Made by a program: the position numbers and the translations under genes. Below the pieces are notes generated by a model that worked only from the letters and a program-made list of their open reading frames with translations, was not told where the DNA came from and searched no databases. A DNA stretch of 49,320 bases, filler included, from Sphacelaria rigidula (Eukaryota), in NCBI GenBank assembly GCA_964200075.2. It is 3 parts of 3 records of this genome, joined end to end, with 100 filler letters (N's around TTAATTAATTAA, not from the genome) between each part and the next. Parts side by side here need not be neighbours in the genome. Positions count along the whole stretch, not along the records: positions 32,952 to 49,320 come from CAXNAA020001383.1; 2 more parts are not named here. The stretch is one strand, 5' to 3'. Shown piece by piece: positions 46,178 to 49,320 of the stretch (positions within the stretch are counted from its first letter, which is position 1; each line of letters opens with the position of its first letter).

Positions 46178-49100
46178 TACAATGGTGGGTGACTCGATCA
46201 GCTCCCACCCATCCATCTAACGGAAGAGGTTTTTTATCCATTCTTCTTCCTTTTGTAGTAACGTCCCAGAGCCCTTCTGTGACTACCGCGAACTATACCA
46301 TTGTCAGTACCGCACCACAAAACGATTGTACATGCGACCTTGAGCACAACACGACACACGCAACAAGACACCCAGGAGTCCGTCCAGCAACACAGGTAAT
46401 ATCATCCAGTTCAGGTACGAGCCGAGACGGGGAACAGAACCGGGAGGGTATCGTAGCAACATGTACTGGCAGTTCTATCCTCAAGCCCTAGTGCCAAGAT
46501 TGTTCAATCATTTTGAAAATAAAAAAGGGGGCGATGAAAAACAGTTTTCCACTGTTGCATCTCATGCAACAACAGCTTTACGATCACGAGCACTGAAACT
46601 TTGGAGAAGAGTACATGTGATTACCACAATACATGCGGAATAGTCACTCATCCGCAATGCTCTTGGAGTTTTTCCCGCGACGACCCTTGCGTCCGGCTTC
46701 TCACCTTACGGACGCTCTCGCTGCCCGTACACCATAGGGTTTCATCCTTGCGGTGACAGTTTAGCTTTTGGGAACTCTGACATTGTATTTTGTGCTCAAC
46801 CTTGCTGACTATATTTTATCGTGTTTGTGTTTGTCACCGTTGTGTTTTCGCTTGTACTGCATCACCGGATATCATTTTTGCGGTGACCGTTCTTGTCCTG
46901 GGAAAAACACGAGTTGAGTGGGTCTCGCATATTTTGTATTTTGGGATTTTAGTCGAAGTGCATATTCTACACACGTACAATTCGTCGCATACTGATGTCT
47001 ATACTTGTTGCATTGAGTGATGGAGTCCTTTTCGTACCCTTATTTATATCATAAGTTATGTGTCGAATTCAGTGCTCGACACGGAACAAGTCGATACGCG
47101 ACAGGAGTGACAAGACCAAGGCATGCTCTTATCTTCATGTACTCAGTGCTCCCAACTTGTGCTGACCCTGGCTGACCTTACACTTTATTGCCTTCATCCC
47201 ACACCTCTGCCTTGGGTATATGTGTCATCACCGAGAGAAACGGCGCTAAATGCAGTGGCGACCGTTTATCCCCCACCAGGCCACGCCGGGACGCGGAGGC
47301 ACGGTACATCGAGGGCGGTATGTGTCCGCGTTGAATACAAGCTAGTGGTTTTCTCGGTTGGGTGATTGCTGTACGTCTTTTGTTTACATAGCAGAACTAA
47401 CTGTTAGGTGTGACTGAACACCGCGTGTCCTATCACATCCTGCCAAGGGCTATGATAATTGCTTTCGTAACAGTCGCTCCCACCAATAGTCCATGTTGCG
47501 TGCCACGCTTCACTCTGGTGTTGCAGTGTTTATCTCGAGCGTGGATGCTTCTATGTTTCATTTCTTTTTTATGCTGCTTTAGCTTTGCTTTTACACTCAC
47601 GAATGACAACCATCTTTTCTTGAACAGTGTGGTATATCAAGACCGTATCGCGACTCTATCGTGACGACCCATCGTCGAAATACTGGTATCCGGAACAATA
47701 TTTTCTTACATTACGGTCAACTCAGGTGCTCTTTTGGGGTGAATTTCTCCCAGATCTATTCATCGAGCTATTCTAGTTGTCATCTTACAGCTCATGCGCT
47801 TGGTGTTTTGGGAGGTATGTCATCCTTTAGCTGGACTCTTCACAAGATTTGATAACGATCCGCCCCATAGCGTTTCATGTCTGCAAGGGTTGAACCGGAT
47901 ATAGCCGCTTGTTGCAGAAATTTGTCAGGAGTGTTTGACACCTGAGGTTTGTGCTCCGAATTCGTTTAGTTTCATATCCAAAACCCCCAACGCTATCAGC
48001 ACTTTCCCTCCATTTATCCAGTGCAGCTATTGAAATTTAATGGCAAGAAAAAAAAGGGAGGAGAAAAAAGAAACAACAGTCGCCAGCTCAACTGAACACG
48101 AGCTGCTCTATTCAACGATACGAAGGGGGAGACTCGAAGAACACTTTTCAGAGTGCTACATCAGGGACGATTAGTGTCTGTTGTGGGTACCGGTGATGAG
48201 CATATGTCAACTCTAGTCATCCAGCGACAACTGATTTGTGACCTGACCACAATGGTACACACTAAATACGCGCACATTGAATTAACACACACCATGCTAT
48301 TTTGCAGGGTCATTTCTGCCCGAACAGTATGAACAGAGACTACCTCGAGTACGCTCGATCATACGGGTGTAAACGCTGGGAAAAGGCCGGTCTCAACTTA
48401 TAACGATGGTAAAGAGTTGCCTTTTGTAGCCCTAATTTGGAGATCGACTTCCAGCACACTCACTGCATGTGTACATCCGGTATTCGATACATTCCATAGG
48501 TCATCGACTGGGCACTGAAACGTCCTGCCTACCCCCGACCGACGAAAGAGTCGACACCGGTGGCCCGCATCCTATTCTTGGTCCTGTGTCGAACCTCCGT
48601 TATGCCTAGACTAATTTCCAGCCCAAAAGGGGGGAGCCCGCAGCAGCATAAGTGAGGTATTTATGTAGATGACTTAAGGTATCGATGGACTACCGTCCCG
48701 CAAATCACCCAGGATGTCAAAGTACCATGAAGAGGGTACGGACAAGTGGGACGGGGACGTAGACTCAACGTGCTGGACCAAACGTACACACCCAGATCCA
48801 TCCGTCCCTTCCAACATGCCTTATTTCAAAACCTCTTTAACCGTACTCTCCCGGCTACCCTAAACACGCGTGGACGAAAAATAAGCGGCACTGACACCGC
48901 GTTATGTCTGGAGAATTTTGTGAAACAAATATTGACACGAACCAGATCAGGTTAGGGTAGTCCTGGAAGACAAACAGAGGAACAAAAGACGGAGTGCAAG
49001 CATCACAGGACACGTCTCGGGAACGTCGGCAATAGAGATGAGACAGGTGAGCTATATGATTTCTGATCCATACGAGCGCGCGAGATACCCGAACGGCGAG

Positions 49101-49320
49101 TGGTTGGAATTCAACAGGGGGGGATTGCGTAGAATTAGCAGTTCAGAGTGAGCGGTATCCAGAACATACCGACAACGGGTTGCAAACTCGAGGTAAGCAG
49201 AAGCCATGCCACCAAACACGCACCCCCCCCCCCGCGTGAGTGATTTACAGGTGAAGAACCCCATGAAGAATGAACAAGGATGAAACTTCTACTGAAGCTC
49301 GGAGATGCAGCAGGAGATGA

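Overview
Eukaryotic, intron-rich nuclear DNA, most consistent with a brown alga or related stramenopile (GT-AG introns of roughly 0.2-2.3 kb, BBS5, RTE LINE; the taxon is an inference). The window is not one locus: it is three contigs (1-16377, 16478-32851, 32952-49320; 16377, 16374 and 16369 nt) joined by artificial N44-TTAATTAATTAA-N44 spacers. Contig 1 is repeat-rich. It holds a degenerate multi-exon protein kinase whose C-terminal part lies in a ~770-bp palindrome, a 52-bp miRNA-like hairpin, tandem duplications, a near full-length decayed RTE LINE and a Penelope-like fragment. Contig 2 holds a foldback MITE, an alpha-carbonic anhydrase with 7 resolved exons (minus strand), a hypothetical IQ-like protein gene, a piggyBac-type MITE nested in a foldback element, and exon 1 of a CLN3/battenin gene. 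Contig 3 holds a succinyl-CoA ligase beta exon (minus strand), six exons of BBS5 (plus strand) and intronic MITEs. A ~45-nt repeat core, usually next to poly-C, recurs six times across all three contigs. No CRISPR array, rRNA or tRNA was recognised.
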